Part shown: in pieces, positions 19,707 to 29,678 of the stretch | Layout: every line of letters starts with the position of its first letter | How positions within the stretch are numbered: the first letter of the stretch is position 1 | Assembly: GCA_963760795.1 (NCBI GenBank) | Contig: CAVXEP010000016.1 | Location: forward strand, 64,001-128,000 | Length of the DNA: 64,000 bases | Origin: an uncultured delta proteobacterium | GTDB taxonomy: Bacteria > Desulfobacterota > Binatia > UBA9968 | Direction: 5' to 3' | Translations under genes and position numbers: made by a program | Notes under the pieces: model-generated | What the model was told of the DNA's origin: nothing | The model's input: the letters and a program-made list of their open reading frames with translations, nothing else | Databases searched by the model: none

Positions 19707-20736
19707 CTAGATTTTGTAGTAGCGCCGCGCGTTCTCGCCCAGGATCGCGGCTTTGTGCTCGTCCTTTAGATCCTTGCGCACTTGGATTTCGTCGATCTCT
19801 TCCAAGCAATTGTCCAGGGAGATTTCATGGGGAAAGTCCGAGGCGAACATGAACGGCGCCGGGCCGACGCGCTCGATGGCGTAGGCGAGCGCTTTCTCGT
19901 TGCCTTCGCAGCTGCAAAAGATTTTACCGCTGGTGAAATAGTCCACCGGTTTTCGTTTGATCTTCAGACCGCCGTACTCTTGTTCTCGCGAAAGGCGATC
20001 GAGGACCATGGGGATCCAGCAGGTGCCGCCTTCCAAGAAGCCGACGCGCAACGTCGGAAACTCATCGAACACGCCGTCGACGATCATGCCGGTGGCGGCG
20101 ATGGCCAGAGGCACAGGCATGCCCAGGGCGCGGGTGGCCGGGAAAACCGTGTAGGTGTTGAAACCCAAGTCGCCGTAGCAGCCGCCGTGCACCGCGAGCG
20201 CGCAGTCGAGTTTGGCGGCTTCCTCGTACACCGGCCAAAAATGTTTCGCGCTCAAGTGCGGGTTCAGACCATTGGACGGCAGCATGGCGCCGACCATGCC
20301 CAGCTCTTTTACCGCCCGGCGCAGTTCCGTCACCGCGGCCGGCACATCCTGGAGCGGGATCAAGGCGATACCTTTGAGGCGCGAGTTGTATTTCATATAG
20401 TTCGCGCACAGCCAGTCGTTGTACGCTTTCGCGTAGGCGATCGCCCAAGGTGCAGAAAGCCACTTGCCCGTAGGCGAGCCCTTCGGTGGGGAAGAGCGCG
20501 CTGAATTCGAGCCCCATCTTGTCGAGAAACTGCACCCACTTCTCCGGGCCGACGCTGGGATCGAAGGTGCCGGGCTTGCGCTCTTCCAAGCGCGGGGTGT
20601 GAAAGCGGTCGAGGCTCGGCAGGACCCGCCGAGGATTCATATGGCCGGTGGTCTTGAACGGTTCGCCGACCAGTCTGATGATCTCGTCGGTGTTTTCCAT
20701 CACATGACCGTCACAGTCGACAAACTTGTTTGGCAT
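19707..20736 (-). CDS. Amidohydrolase family protein, one frameshift near 20450
   Basis: FVDCDGHVME (ORF 20062-20736) joins LAVHGG, FLEGG and FASDFPHE (ORF 19707-20396). Confidence 0.87.
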
Positions 20737-20880
20737 TGGTTTTCCTCCGATCGTTACTCTGTCTTGAATAGTGGGGGCGATGGCCCGCTGTCAAATGGAA
20801 TTTCTAACCCGTGACTCTAGACCTCAGACTTGTCATCAGCACCGTTCTTGGTTTATTGCTACAACCAAGGAGACGGATCC

Positions 20881-21693
20881 ATGCCCTACGCGAAAGCCAA
20901 AGATGGTGTCGAGATTTACTATGAGGCGATTGGGAAAGGCACGCCGTTGTTGTTTTTGAGCGAGACCGCTTGCGACGGCGCGGTGTGGAATCTTTATCAG
21001 ACGCCGGAGTTTTCGCGCGATCATTGCGTCGTCACGCTGGACTATCGTGGCACAGGCCTGTCGGGAAAGCCGTCAGCGAAATATAGCACAGCCATGTTCG
21101 CGGAGGATGCCGTTGCGGTATTGGATCATCTGGGCCTCGACGGCGCCATCGTTTGCGGCCACTCCATGGGCGGGCGGGTGGCGCAATTGCTCGCCCTCGA
21201 TCATCCGCGCAAGGTCAGTAAACTGATTCTCGCTTCCAGCGGCGCGGCTCATCCGGGCGACCGCGGCATTCCGCTGCGCATCGCCAAGGAAATGGTCGAG
21301 TGGGGCTACGTGAAATATGTCCGGGATCACACCATCGTCGTCGGCTGGACCGAAGAGTACGCGCGCAATCATATGAACGAGATCGAAAAATATCTCCAGG
21401 TGCGCATGGCCAATCTCTGCCCGGTGGAGTTTTATTTCCGCCATGTGCTGGCGCGCCAGGAACATGACACCGGCGGGCGGCTGAAGGATATAAAAATTCC
21501 GACGCTGATTTTCGTCGGCGATGACGATCACTTCGTCGTCAGCGATATGTCGCATCGTAGCGGCGCCGATATCTTGGCCAAGGGGATTGCCAACTCTAAA
21601 CTGATCGTCCTGCCGGGTGCGCGGCATAGTTATTTCTATACCGAGCCGGAAAAGGTCCATGGCATGATGCGCGAGTTTCTGCAGGAAAATTGA
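20881..21693 (+). CDS. Alpha/beta hydrolase
   Basis: DYRGTGLS, GHSMGG, GDDD, GARH motifs; AAGGAG RBS. Confidence 0.9.
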   Translation: MPYAKAKDGVEIYYEAIGKGTPLLFLSETACDGAVWNLYQTPEFSRDHCVVTLDYRGTGLSGKPSAKYSTAMFAEDAVAVLDHLGLDGAIVCGHSMGGRVAQLLALDHPRKVSKLILASSGAAHPGDRGIPLRIAKEMVEWGYVKYVRDHTIVVGWTEEYARNHMNEIEKYLQVRMANLCPVEFYFRHVLARQEHDTGGRLKDIKIPTLIFVGDDDHFVVSDMSHRSGADILAKGIANSKLIVLPGARHSYFYTEPEKVHGMMREFLQEN

Positions 21694-21712
21694 CAAAGAT
21701 TGTTCACCACGA

Positions 21713-21867
21713 AGGTCTAGCCGCACACCGCAACCGAATTGAAGAATGGCCGCAAAGAACGCAAAGGTGCGCAAAAACCAGATCTGGTAGGGGCGAATTG
21801 CGATACGCGCTCGCGGATGACGGCGCGGCGATCGCATGATTGCGCAGACGGAAAACTATCACGGTAG
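21713..21867 (-). mobile_element. Second insert type (copy C) at the same CT of the CACGAAG repeat
   Basis: Minus strand CTTGGTGCT-CT-ACCGTGATAG...GGTTGCGGTGTGCGGCTAGAC-CT-TCGTGGTGAA; removal restores CACCACGAAGAGCACCAAGTTCACGAAG. Confidence 0.5.
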
Positions 21868-21915
21868 AGCACCAAGTTCACGAAGGAAAGGCAAAAGATC
21901 TAGACGGAGGAAGCC

Positions 21916-23235
21916 ATGGCTTACAGTGCAAAAGGCAGAACTAAAAACTTTCCGGTGTTCGACTGCGATAGTCACATTTACGAACCGCCGGAGATTTGGG
22001 ACAAATATATTCCGCAGAAAAATCGCGATTTTGCCAAGACGCACTTCTATCGGGATTCGGACCGGTTGTTTTTGGTGCGCAACTCGCGCATCAGTTTTCG
22101 CGATCCCGACACCTGGAAATATCCCGGCGAGACTTGGCATCCGGGATTGACCAAGAAGATTATCGGCCAGACTCAGCCGGGCACTAAAGACTGGGACGAA
22201 ACCATCGGCCGCAACAAGAGCGCCCGCGATCCCCACGCGCGGTTGAAAGACATGGATGCCTCCGGCATCGACCAGGTGATGATCTTTCCGTCGACCTTTG
22301 TTTATTTGCCGCTGGTGGCAAACGCCGATGCTGCCTACATCTGCGCGCGGGCATACAACGACTGGGCCTACGATTATTGCAGTGCCGACAAGAAGCGCCT
22401 GTTTCCCGCCGCCGTGCTGCCGACGCAGAACGTCGATTTCGCCATCGAAGAGTTGCGCCGGGTCGCCAAGCGCGGCTTCAAATCGGCGTTAATCCGGCCG
22501 ATCATCGCCCAGGGCAAGTATCCGACCTTTCCTGAATACGATCCGCTATGGCGCGAGTTCGAGGAGCTGGGCATCGTCCTCGGCATGCACACCTTCCCAT
22601 CGCGCGGCGAGGCGATGTCGCCGGAGCTCGACCAGCGCATGGGCGCCAACCGCAAGCGGCTATTTTCCGACGAAGACATCATGGTCTATTCGCCGGGGCA
22701 GTTCGTCGCCAACATCATGCAGATCATGGGCTCCAAACAGGCCGGCGACGCGGCCTACGGTTTCATGGCCGAGGCGATGACCTGGACCGGCGTGGTGCTG
22801 ATGACCGGCTGGCTGGAGAAATTTCCCAAGCTCAAAGTGGCGATCCTGGAGTCCAACTCCAGTTGGCTGCCGCTGGTCCTGGAAAAAGCCGAAACCTATC
22901 TCGATCTCTACAAACATATCGGCGAAAAAATCGGCGATCCGCATGAGGTGTTTTACAAACAGTGCTTCATCGCCTTCGAAAGCGACGAGATGATTACGCT
23001 GCGGTTATGGGATCTGTTCGAGAACATCGCTCTGTGGTCCTCCGACATGCCCCATCTCGACGCGTCCGATGTCTGGGAAGCGATCGATCATATGGACAAG
23101 TACAAAGTGCCGCAAAGCGCGCGCGAGAAAATGCTCGGCGGCAACGCCCGCCGGCTCTACGGCATCGAGCCGGAGCTATGCGTGACCAAGGCGCCGGATG
23201 AGTATAAGCCGCAGACGATGTCGCGGTTTGCTTGA
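21916..23235 (+). CDS. Amidohydrolase family protein
   Basis: VFDCDSHIYEP, LGMH, ILESNSSW, WSSDMPHLD. Confidence 0.9.
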   Translation: MAYSAKGRTKNFPVFDCDSHIYEPPEIWDKYIPQKNRDFAKTHFYRDSDRLFLVRNSRISFRDPDTWKYPGETWHPGLTKKIIGQTQPGTKDWDETIGRNKSARDPHARLKDMDASGIDQVMIFPSTFVYLPLVANADAAYICARAYNDWAYDYCSADKKRLFPAAVLPTQNVDFAIEELRRVAKRGFKSALIRPIIAQGKYPTFPEYDPLWREFEELGIVLGMHTFPSRGEAMSPELDQRMGANRKRLFSDEDIMVYSPGQFVANIMQIMGSKQAGDAAYGFMAEAMTWTGVVLMTGWLEKFPKLKVAILESNSSWLPLVLEKAETYLDLYKHIGEKIGDPHEVFYKQCFIAFESDEMITLRLWDLFENIALWSSDMPHLDASDVWEAIDHMDKYKVPQSAREKMLGGNARRLYGIEPELCVTKAPDEYKPQTMSRFA

Positions 23236-23240
23236 ATGAA

Positions 23241-23398
23241 TTGAACGCGTTCAAAACGTTCGAGTAGTTCAAGCCGTTCAAATCGTTGACGGAAGAAACT
23301 CGGTCGGATTTGTCTGAATGGTTGGAACTGGGGGGCCATGTCGCGCATCTATCCGAAAACGATTTGAACGATTTAAGCGTCTTGAACGGTTTGAGCTT
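23241..23398. repeat. Palindrome of 9-bp periodic GTTCAA/TTGAAC units between convergent genes
   Basis: GTTCAAAACGTTCGAGTAGTTCAAGCCGTTCAAATCGTT ... AACGATTTGAACGATTTAAGCGTCTTGAACGGTTTGAGC. Confidence 0.75.
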
Positions 23399-23421
23399 GG
23401 GCGGGGTGCTTCCCCGCTCGT

Positions 23422-24403
23422 CTATCTTTTATACAGCTGCTTGACGAAGCCGGTCGCTTCGACTTCTCGCACCAAACTCGCGTCGACAAATTGTCGCGGA
23501 TCGGCGCTTGCCGCTTTCGGATCGCGCGGCGCCATTTCGTCGAGCAGGGTTTTTACCCCTTCCGGGGTCGGCAGCAGATTATCGGGATAGGCTGCGGTAT
23601 AGGTCTGCCAGGCGCGCTCGAGCCCTTCCTGGTCGGAGACGCGTAGATATTTGCCCCAGATCGCTTTCGACTCTTCTTTATGGGTCTTGTTGAAATGAAT
23701 CGCTTCGATCATGGCGCGGGTGAATTTCAGCAGCAGCGGCCGCTTGGCTTTGACGATCGCCTCGCGCGTTAGCACGCCGTTCCACCAAAACGGAATCTTC
23801 AACGAACCGATATCGAACAAGTGGCGGAAGCCCAGCTGCAAGGCCTGGCGCACAAAGGGCTCGGGCATGATGGTGAAATTGATCACGCCCTTGGTCAGCG
23901 CGGCGAAGCGCTCGGGGTTGCCGCCGGCGGTGATGATCCTGGCGTCTTTTTCCGGATCGATATTCAAACGGCGCAGAGCGAAGCGCAGTCCCATGTCCGA
24001 CGTGCTGCCGATACGATTGACGCCGCCGATCTTGCCTTTGAGCTGGTCGGCGGCGGTAATGTTTTGCTGGCTGATGATGTGATCGACGAAGGTGCGGACG
24101 ATGCCCAGGATCATCACGGTGTCAGCGCCGGCGAGGCGCGAACTGACCAGCGTCGTTACCGAGATCGCCGAGACATCGATTTCGCCGGCGAGCAGCGCTT
24201 GCAGGACGATGGGGCTGGCGCTGATGCTGATGATCTCAGGTTCGACGCCGTACTTCTGCAGCAGCTTTTTCTCTTGCAGCACCCAGATTGCAGCGTTGGC
24301 CGGGCTGGCGCCGGCCCAGGCGATGCGGATGCGCTCTTGAGCGTGCGCCATGGCTGCTTTGGCACAAGATGATAAGAAGCAGGCTGCACAGTTTGACGAT
24401 CAT
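23422..24403 (-). CDS. ABC solute-binding protein (SsuA/NMT1-like); frameshift in signal peptide
   Basis: KYGVEPEII, QLKGKIGGV; upstream MIVKLCSLLLIIL with GAGG RBS in another frame. Confidence 0.85.
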
Positions 24404-24448
24404 GCTTCCTCTTCGGCTAAGGACTTTACAGAATGCGCGAGCTTAGAT

Positions 24449-24528
24449 TGTCATGCTGAGCAACAGCGGAAGCATCCACTTTCATATAATAGCAAGACGA
24501 GATTCTTCGCCTTCGGCGCAGAATGACA
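24449..24528. repeat. REP-like palindrome TGTCATGCTGAGC...GAAGCATC / GATTCTTCGC...GCAGAATGACA
   Basis: Imperfect terminal inverted repeat, intergenic. Confidence 0.65.
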
Positions 24529-24559
24529 TCGTGCGCACGCTCAGACGATTAATCAATGC

Positions 24560-25294
24560 TTACCCCGGCATCTCGGCGAGCAGCTTGCCGTAGCCTTTGA
24601 TCGGGTGGCGCAAGCCGAGACTGAGTTGTGTGCCCCAGGCGCGCGCCGGGCCGGCGTGGACGACGGTTAAACCCGTTTGGTTTTCCAGCCGCTCGACGAT
24701 CTCCACCGATTTCCATGCCGAACCGAGCATGTAGATGCCATCGGCGTTTTTGTGCTTGCTCGCGACGCTGAGCATGAACTCAAGAACTTTCTCCGGCGGC
24801 ACTTTAGGAACGTCGGCGAAGGGGGCGCCGATGCCTTCCATGGCCAGGACTTCAAAGCCGGCATCGGTGAAGTAGCGGGCGAAGATGTTGTTCATCTTTT
24901 CCGGAAAGTAGCTGGCGCCGACGAATTTCTTCATGCCCAACGTGCGAAAGGCTTTGACGTGATTTTGCCCCGAGGTCCACATGGGCACGTTGTATTTCTT
25001 TTCCCAGCTGGCGATGAGCTCCTGTTCCTTCTTATACCCCAACAGCATGAACGGCGGCGCGCCGCTCGGGCGAACCAGATTGGCGCCCATCTTGGCGAAC
25101 TCGGCGGCTTTCGCCTCATAGCCTGGCATCGAGGTGCTGAACTCTTCCTCGGTGCCGCGGGTGAAGTTCATCGTCGAGTAGAGAAACTTGATTTTGGCGG
25201 GTATCAAGGTGTCGAGATCGAGCTCTTGTCCCGCTTCCGGACGATTGGTCGGACGGACGGTGCCGACGACGTATTCTTTTTCATCTGCCGCCAT
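24560..25294 (-). CDS. Maleate isomerase / arylmalonate decarboxylase superfamily protein
   Basis: VGTVRPT, FVGASYF, ADGIYMLG, PIKGYGKLL pattern; GGAGG RBS. Confidence 0.8.
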   Translation of the reverse strand: MAADEKEYVVGTVRPTNRPEAGQELDLDTLIPAKIKFLYSTMNFTRGTEEEFSTSMPGYEAKAAEFAKMGANLVRPSGAPPFMLLGYKKEQELIASWEKKYNVPMWTSGQNHVKAFRTLGMKKFVGASYFPEKMNNIFARYFTDAGFEVLAMEGIGAPFADVPKVPPEKVLEFMLSVASKHKNADGIYMLGSAWKSVEIVERLENQTGLTVVHAGPARAWGTQLSLGLRHPIKGYGKLLAEMPG

Positions 25295-25431
25295 GTTTAA
25301 TTCCTCCATTTAGAATTACGGTCCGAATCTAATCACTTACAGCGGGCCGCGGTCAAGGGTAGCTTTGCTGGACAATTTGGCGGTGCTTACCTATTATCGG
25401 CCTGCCCGTAAGATCGCGCGGCAGGTGAGCG

Positions 25432-26274
25432 ATGGATGAGCGAGTGAACAGAATTGGTTTTATCGGTTTGGGGCGCATGGGCGGCCCGATTGCGCGTAAT
25501 ATCTTGAGCGCCGGTTTCAAGCTCACGGTATACGATTTACTGCCGGAGAACGCCGTCGAGTTGATCGCCCGGGGCGCAGCTTTCGCGCCATCGCCGCGCG
25601 CCGTGGCGGCACAGTCGGCGATCGTCGCGCTGGCGGTGGTGGACGACGCTCAAGTGGACGATGTGCTGACCGGGGCCGAGGGCGTGTTCGCCGGCGCCGA
25701 CCCAGGAACAATCGTCGTGGTTCACAGCACAGTGTTGCCGGCATCGATAAAGCGCTTGGCCGAGATCGCCAAAGCGAAGGATGTCCATGTCATCGACGCG
25801 CCGGTTAGCGGCGGCGAGGCCGGCGCTCGGCAGAAGTCGCTTTGTTACATGGTTGGCGGCGACATCGCGTTGTTGGAGCGCTGCCGGGAACTGTTTGCCA
25901 CGTCCGCGCAGGAGATCATTCATATGGGCGAGTTGGGCAGCGGCGCGGCGGCGAAGCTGATCGTGCAAGTCGCAACCTGTCTCAATATGCTCGCGGCCAG
26001 CGAAGCGGAGCTGATGGCGGCGCACTGCGGTCTCGACTTTGGCGCCATGCAGCGCGTGCTGAAAAACAGTTCGGGACAAAGTTTTGTCGTCGACAATTGG
26101 CTCGACCGTTTCAAGCTGACGGAGGATCCGCTCGCGATCCGGCGCCGGCGCACCGAAGTGTTTCAGAAAAGCTTGATGCCGGCCCTGGAGTTGGCTCGCC
26201 AACTGGGGTTTGCTCTCGACGGCGCGAACTTGGCCGAGCGCTTGATGCCGAGAATCATGGGACTGGAAAAATAG
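25432..26274 (+). CDS. 3-hydroxyisobutyrate dehydrogenase family oxidoreductase
   Basis: IGFIGLGRMG, DAPVSGG, GAAAKL. Confidence 0.9.
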   Translation: MDERVNRIGFIGLGRMGGPIARNILSAGFKLTVYDLLPENAVELIARGAAFAPSPRAVAAQSAIVALAVVDDAQVDDVLTGAEGVFAGADPGTIVVVHSTVLPASIKRLAEIAKAKDVHVIDAPVSGGEAGARQKSLCYMVGGDIALLERCRELFATSAQEIIHMGELGSGAAAKLIVQVATCLNMLAASEAELMAAHCGLDFGAMQRVLKNSSGQSFVVDNWLDRFKLTEDPLAIRRRRTEVFQKSLMPALELARQLGFALDGANLAERLMPRIMGLEK

Positions 26275-26288
26275 CCCGTGGATGTTCG

Positions 26289-27263
26289 ATGGGAGACACC
26301 GTGAGATTTGCCGCGATACTTTTACTGTTGCTGCTGGCCGCCGGCATCAGCCGCGCCGAGGTCTTCAAGGTGGCGATGCCGAGCACGACCCAGGCGGTGC
26401 TGGCCTTCACCATCGCCCGCGACAAGGGCTATTACCGCGCCGAGGGGCTGGATGTCGAGCTCATTCTCATGAGTGCGCCCACGGCAAGCCGGGCCCTGTT
26501 GAGCGGCGATGTCAGCGTGGCCACCGTCGGCGGCGCCGGCTTGCCGCCGGTGCTGCGCGGGTCGCCGATGAAGTTTTTGTTCACGACTTACAACCGGGCG
26601 ATGTTTTGGCTCTACGCTAAAGCGGAGATCCGCGACGTCAAAGCGCTGAAGGGCAAACGAGTCGGCGTTTCCGGTATCGGCAGCGGGCCGGACTCCTTGC
26701 TGCGCGAGGTTCTGCGGCTCAACGGTCTCGATGCCAATCGCGATGTGACGATTCTTAGTCTCGGCGTCATGCCGACGATTTACGCCGGACTGCAAAGCGG
26801 TATGGTGGACGGCGCGATGCTATCGCCGCCGGTGACCTTCAAGGCAGAAGAGGCGGGCTTTCGCGAGTTGGTGGCGTTTCCAAAACAAGATCTGGTCGAA
26901 CCGCAAGGCGCCATCTTGGTTCGCGATGCTCTATTGCAATCCGATCCGGCCCAGGTCGAACGCTTCGTCCGCGGCAGTTACAAGGGATTTCTCTATCTGA
27001 GAGATAACCGCGCCGGATCGATTCCAATCGTCGCGCGCTACTTGCAGGTGAGCGACGTTCAGGCAGGGAAAGCCTACGATCAAGTGGTGCGGCCGGCGCT
27101 GACTCAAGATGGCACACTCAGTCCGGACTTGCAGGCCAAAGCGGTGGAGCATGTGCTCAAACGGCTCGATCTCAAGGACGCGCCGCCATTGGCGAAGGTC
27201 TTCGACTTCACGCTGACGCGCAAGGTGATGGCTGAATTGCAGAGCAAAGGGTGGAAGCCGTGA
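26289..27263 (+). CDS. ABC solute-binding protein (SsuA/NMT1-like)
   Basis: Signal peptide; GYYRAEGLDVE, LKGKRVGVS, LQSGMVDG. Confidence 0.88.
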   Translation: MGDTVRFAAILLLLLLAAGISRAEVFKVAMPSTTQAVLAFTIARDKGYYRAEGLDVELILMSAPTASRALLSGDVSVATVGGAGLPPVLRGSPMKFLFTTYNRAMFWLYAKAEIRDVKALKGKRVGVSGIGSGPDSLLREVLRLNGLDANRDVTILSLGVMPTIYAGLQSGMVDGAMLSPPVTFKAEEAGFRELVAFPKQDLVEPQGAILVRDALLQSDPAQVERFVRGSYKGFLYLRDNRAGSIPIVARYLQVSDVQAGKAYDQVVRPALTQDGTLSPDLQAKAVEHVLKRLDLKDAPPLAKVFDFTLTRKVMAELQSKGWKP

Positions 27264-27280
27264 GCTTGAATGGGAAGAGA

Positions 27281-27362
27281 TTTAACCACAAAGGGCACAA
27301 AGGTCACGAGAGATATTCGGATTGGGCGAGATTGGCCGCAAAGAACGCAAAGTTCGCAAAGG
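27281..27362. repeat. Composite of CACAAAG- and CGCAAAG-periodic repeats
   Basis: TTTAACCACAAAGGGCACAAAGGTCACGAG and TTGGCCGCAAAGAACGCAAAGTTCGCAAAG. Confidence 0.7.
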
Positions 27363-27424
27363 GAAATGATGCTGAACTTGGCGCCTTCGCTGGCGGGAGT
27401 AATTTCCGAGGAAGTAATATTTAA

Positions 27425-28382
27425 ATGGCTTTGCAACTTACCATGACCTGCGCGGAGTACGATCGCAGCCGGCCGTTGATCGATGGCACCGTGAAGGCGC
27501 GGGACATCGATTTGGCTATTCACGTCAATTCCGATGACCGCAGCCGGCAGCGCGATATTCGCGAGGGCAAGTTCGACATCGGTGAGTTTTTCACCGGCAT
27601 TTACATGGCCGACCTGGAGCATCGCACACTCGGATTGACGGCGATCCCGATCTTCGTCAAGCGCATGTTTCGCCACTCGTATATCTATGTCAACAAACAC
27701 TCCGGGATTCGCACGCCCCAGGATCTCCACGGCAAGCGTGTCGGCCTGCAGACCTGGTTCACGACTACGGCCTTATGGGCGCGCGGTATCCTGGCGGACG
27801 ACTATGGCGTCGATCTGAGCAAAATTTGCTGGGTGGCCAACTGGAATGAAAAAATCGGCAACTGGCAACCACCGTCGTGGCTACAACTTGAGATTGCGCC
27901 GCCCGGTGCCAAGCTGCATGACTTGCTGATCGCAGGAAAAATCGACGCCGGCATCACCACCGAAACTTGGGCGCCCTTCGGCCATCCGGATATCGACTTT
28001 TTGCTTCCCAACTACGCCCAAGAGGAGCGCGCTTACTATCGCAAGACCGGCTTCTTTCCGATCCAGCATATTCTTGTCATCAAAAACGAGGTGCTGGAAA
28101 AGCAGCCTTGGGTGGCCATGAGTATGTTCGACGCCTGGCAATCGGCGAAGCTGGAGTGTTATCGCTGGCTCGAGCGGCAACGAGTTCACATGACCGGTTT
28201 GTGGTACCGCTCGCTTTGGGAAGAGGAGCGGGCTGCCGCGGGCGCCGATCCATACCTATGGGGATTTAACCAGAGCTCGCGCCGAAGTGGATAAGATGCT
28301 CGAATATGCCTTTCGCCAGGGATTGGTGACCAAGAAGTTCCAGCCGGAGGAGATGTTTCATCCGAGCATGCTGGAGACATGA
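27425..28382 (+). CDS. 4,5-dihydroxyphthalate decarboxylase-like protein (SBP fold), frameshift near 28270
   Basis: YDRSRPLIDGTV, IPIFVKRMFRHS, TALWARGIL, YYRKTGFFPIQH; tail LEYAFRQGLV...EEMFHP in shifted frame. Confidence 0.8.
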
Positions 28383-28456
28383 AAACGGTAAGGGGTAAGG
28401 GGTGAAGGGTAAGGCGTCCCACCGCCGCCCCGAAGATCAGATTGGAGAGGTTACAG

Positions 28457-29590
28457 ATGGATTTTAGCGAATTTGTTCACACCGGACCGGAAACGCTAGC
28501 CGGGCGATTTTTGCGCCGGTTCTGGCAACCGGTCGCTTGCTCCCATGAGCTTAGCGCCGGTCAGGCGTTGCCGATTCGCATTTTGAGCGAGGATTTTACC
28601 CTCTACCGCGGCGCCGGCGGGACGGCTCATCTGGTCGGCAACCGCTGCGCCCATCGCGGTACCCAGCTGTCGGCGGGCTGGGTCGAAGACGACTGCATTC
28701 GTTGTTTTTATCACGGCTGGAAATACAACGGCGCGGGACAATGCGTCGAGCAGCCGGCAGAGGGCGAAAGCTTTGCGTCGAAGGTGCGCATTGCCAGTTA
28801 TCCGGTTAAGGAATATCTCGGCCTGGTCTTCGCTTATCTGGGCGAGGGCGAGGCGCCATCGCTGCCGCGTTATCCCAGGTTCGAATCTCCGGAAATTTCC
28901 CTCGACGTCGCCGGTCTCAAACGTATCTGCAACTACTTCAACAACGTCGACAATTCGCTCGACAACGCTCACGTGCGCTTCGTGCACCGGCGCCACCGCG
29001 ACGCGTCCGAGGACCATGTCGTGCTTGGCGATCCGATTATTTCCGTCGAAGAATCCGACTGGGGCATCCGGCGCTACGTCAAATATCCCGACGGCAAGGA
29101 TCTGACTTTTTTCTTCGGCATGCCCAACATTAATTTTATCAACGGCCAGGTGGTCGATCCGGTGATCAAGCGGGCTGACGTGATGGTTTTCAAAGTCCCG
29201 GTGGATGATGAAAACCATATTCACTTCGAAGTGCGCGCCATCGCGCTCTCCGGCGCGCGGGGCCGGGCGTGGATCGAGGAGCGGCGCGCGCTGCGCGCCA
29301 AGGCGGAAGAAGACCGCCCGGAACTGGTGCGGGCGATTCTCGCCGGAAAACTGCGCCTGAGCGATATCGATCCGCAGCGCATCGATTTCGTCATGTTGGA
29401 AGATGAGATAGCCCAGACCGGCCAGGGCCGGATCGCCGTGCGCGGCAACGAACACTTGGGCCGCAGCGACCGCGGCGTGTTTCTCCTGCGCAAAATCTGG
29501 GAACGGGAGTTGCGAAATCTAGCGGAAGGCCGACCGCTTAAATCTTGGACCTATCGCCCGGACATGGTGCCGACGTATCCGGAGGGGTAG
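28457..29590 (+). CDS. Rieske aromatic ring-hydroxylating oxygenase alpha subunit (phthalate 4,5-dioxygenase-like)
   Basis: CAHRG...CFYHGW Rieske ligands; NSLDNAHVRFVH mononuclear Fe site; EHLGRSDRGV. Confidence 0.9.
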   Translation: MDFSEFVHTGPETLAGRFLRRFWQPVACSHELSAGQALPIRILSEDFTLYRGAGGTAHLVGNRCAHRGTQLSAGWVEDDCIRCFYHGWKYNGAGQCVEQPAEGESFASKVRIASYPVKEYLGLVFAYLGEGEAPSLPRYPRFESPEISLDVAGLKRICNYFNNVDNSLDNAHVRFVHRRHRDASEDHVVLGDPIISVEESDWGIRRYVKYPDGKDLTFFFGMPNINFINGQVVDPVIKRADVMVFKVPVDDENHIHFEVRAIALSGARGRAWIEERRALRAKAEEDRPELVRAILAGKLRLSDIDPQRIDFVMLEDEIAQTGQGRIAVRGNEHLGRSDRGVFLLRKIWERELRNLAEGRPLKSWTYRPDMVPTYPEG

Positions 29591-29678
29591 ACGAGGAATT
29601 AGGTTTGGTTGCTGATTTCGAGTTTTAAGTTCGCGAGCTATAGGTGTCAATTAATCCAAGGCGATCGCGTTAGCACAG

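Noticed and set aside
25842-26288. 473-aa ORF start for the SBP
   Set aside because: Overlaps the dehydrogenase gene; the signal peptide begins at 26289
28496-29455. Long antisense ORFs (also 54049-55080, 50649-51650, 11780-12607)
   Set aside because: Shadows of real genes expected in GC-rich DNA; no motifs
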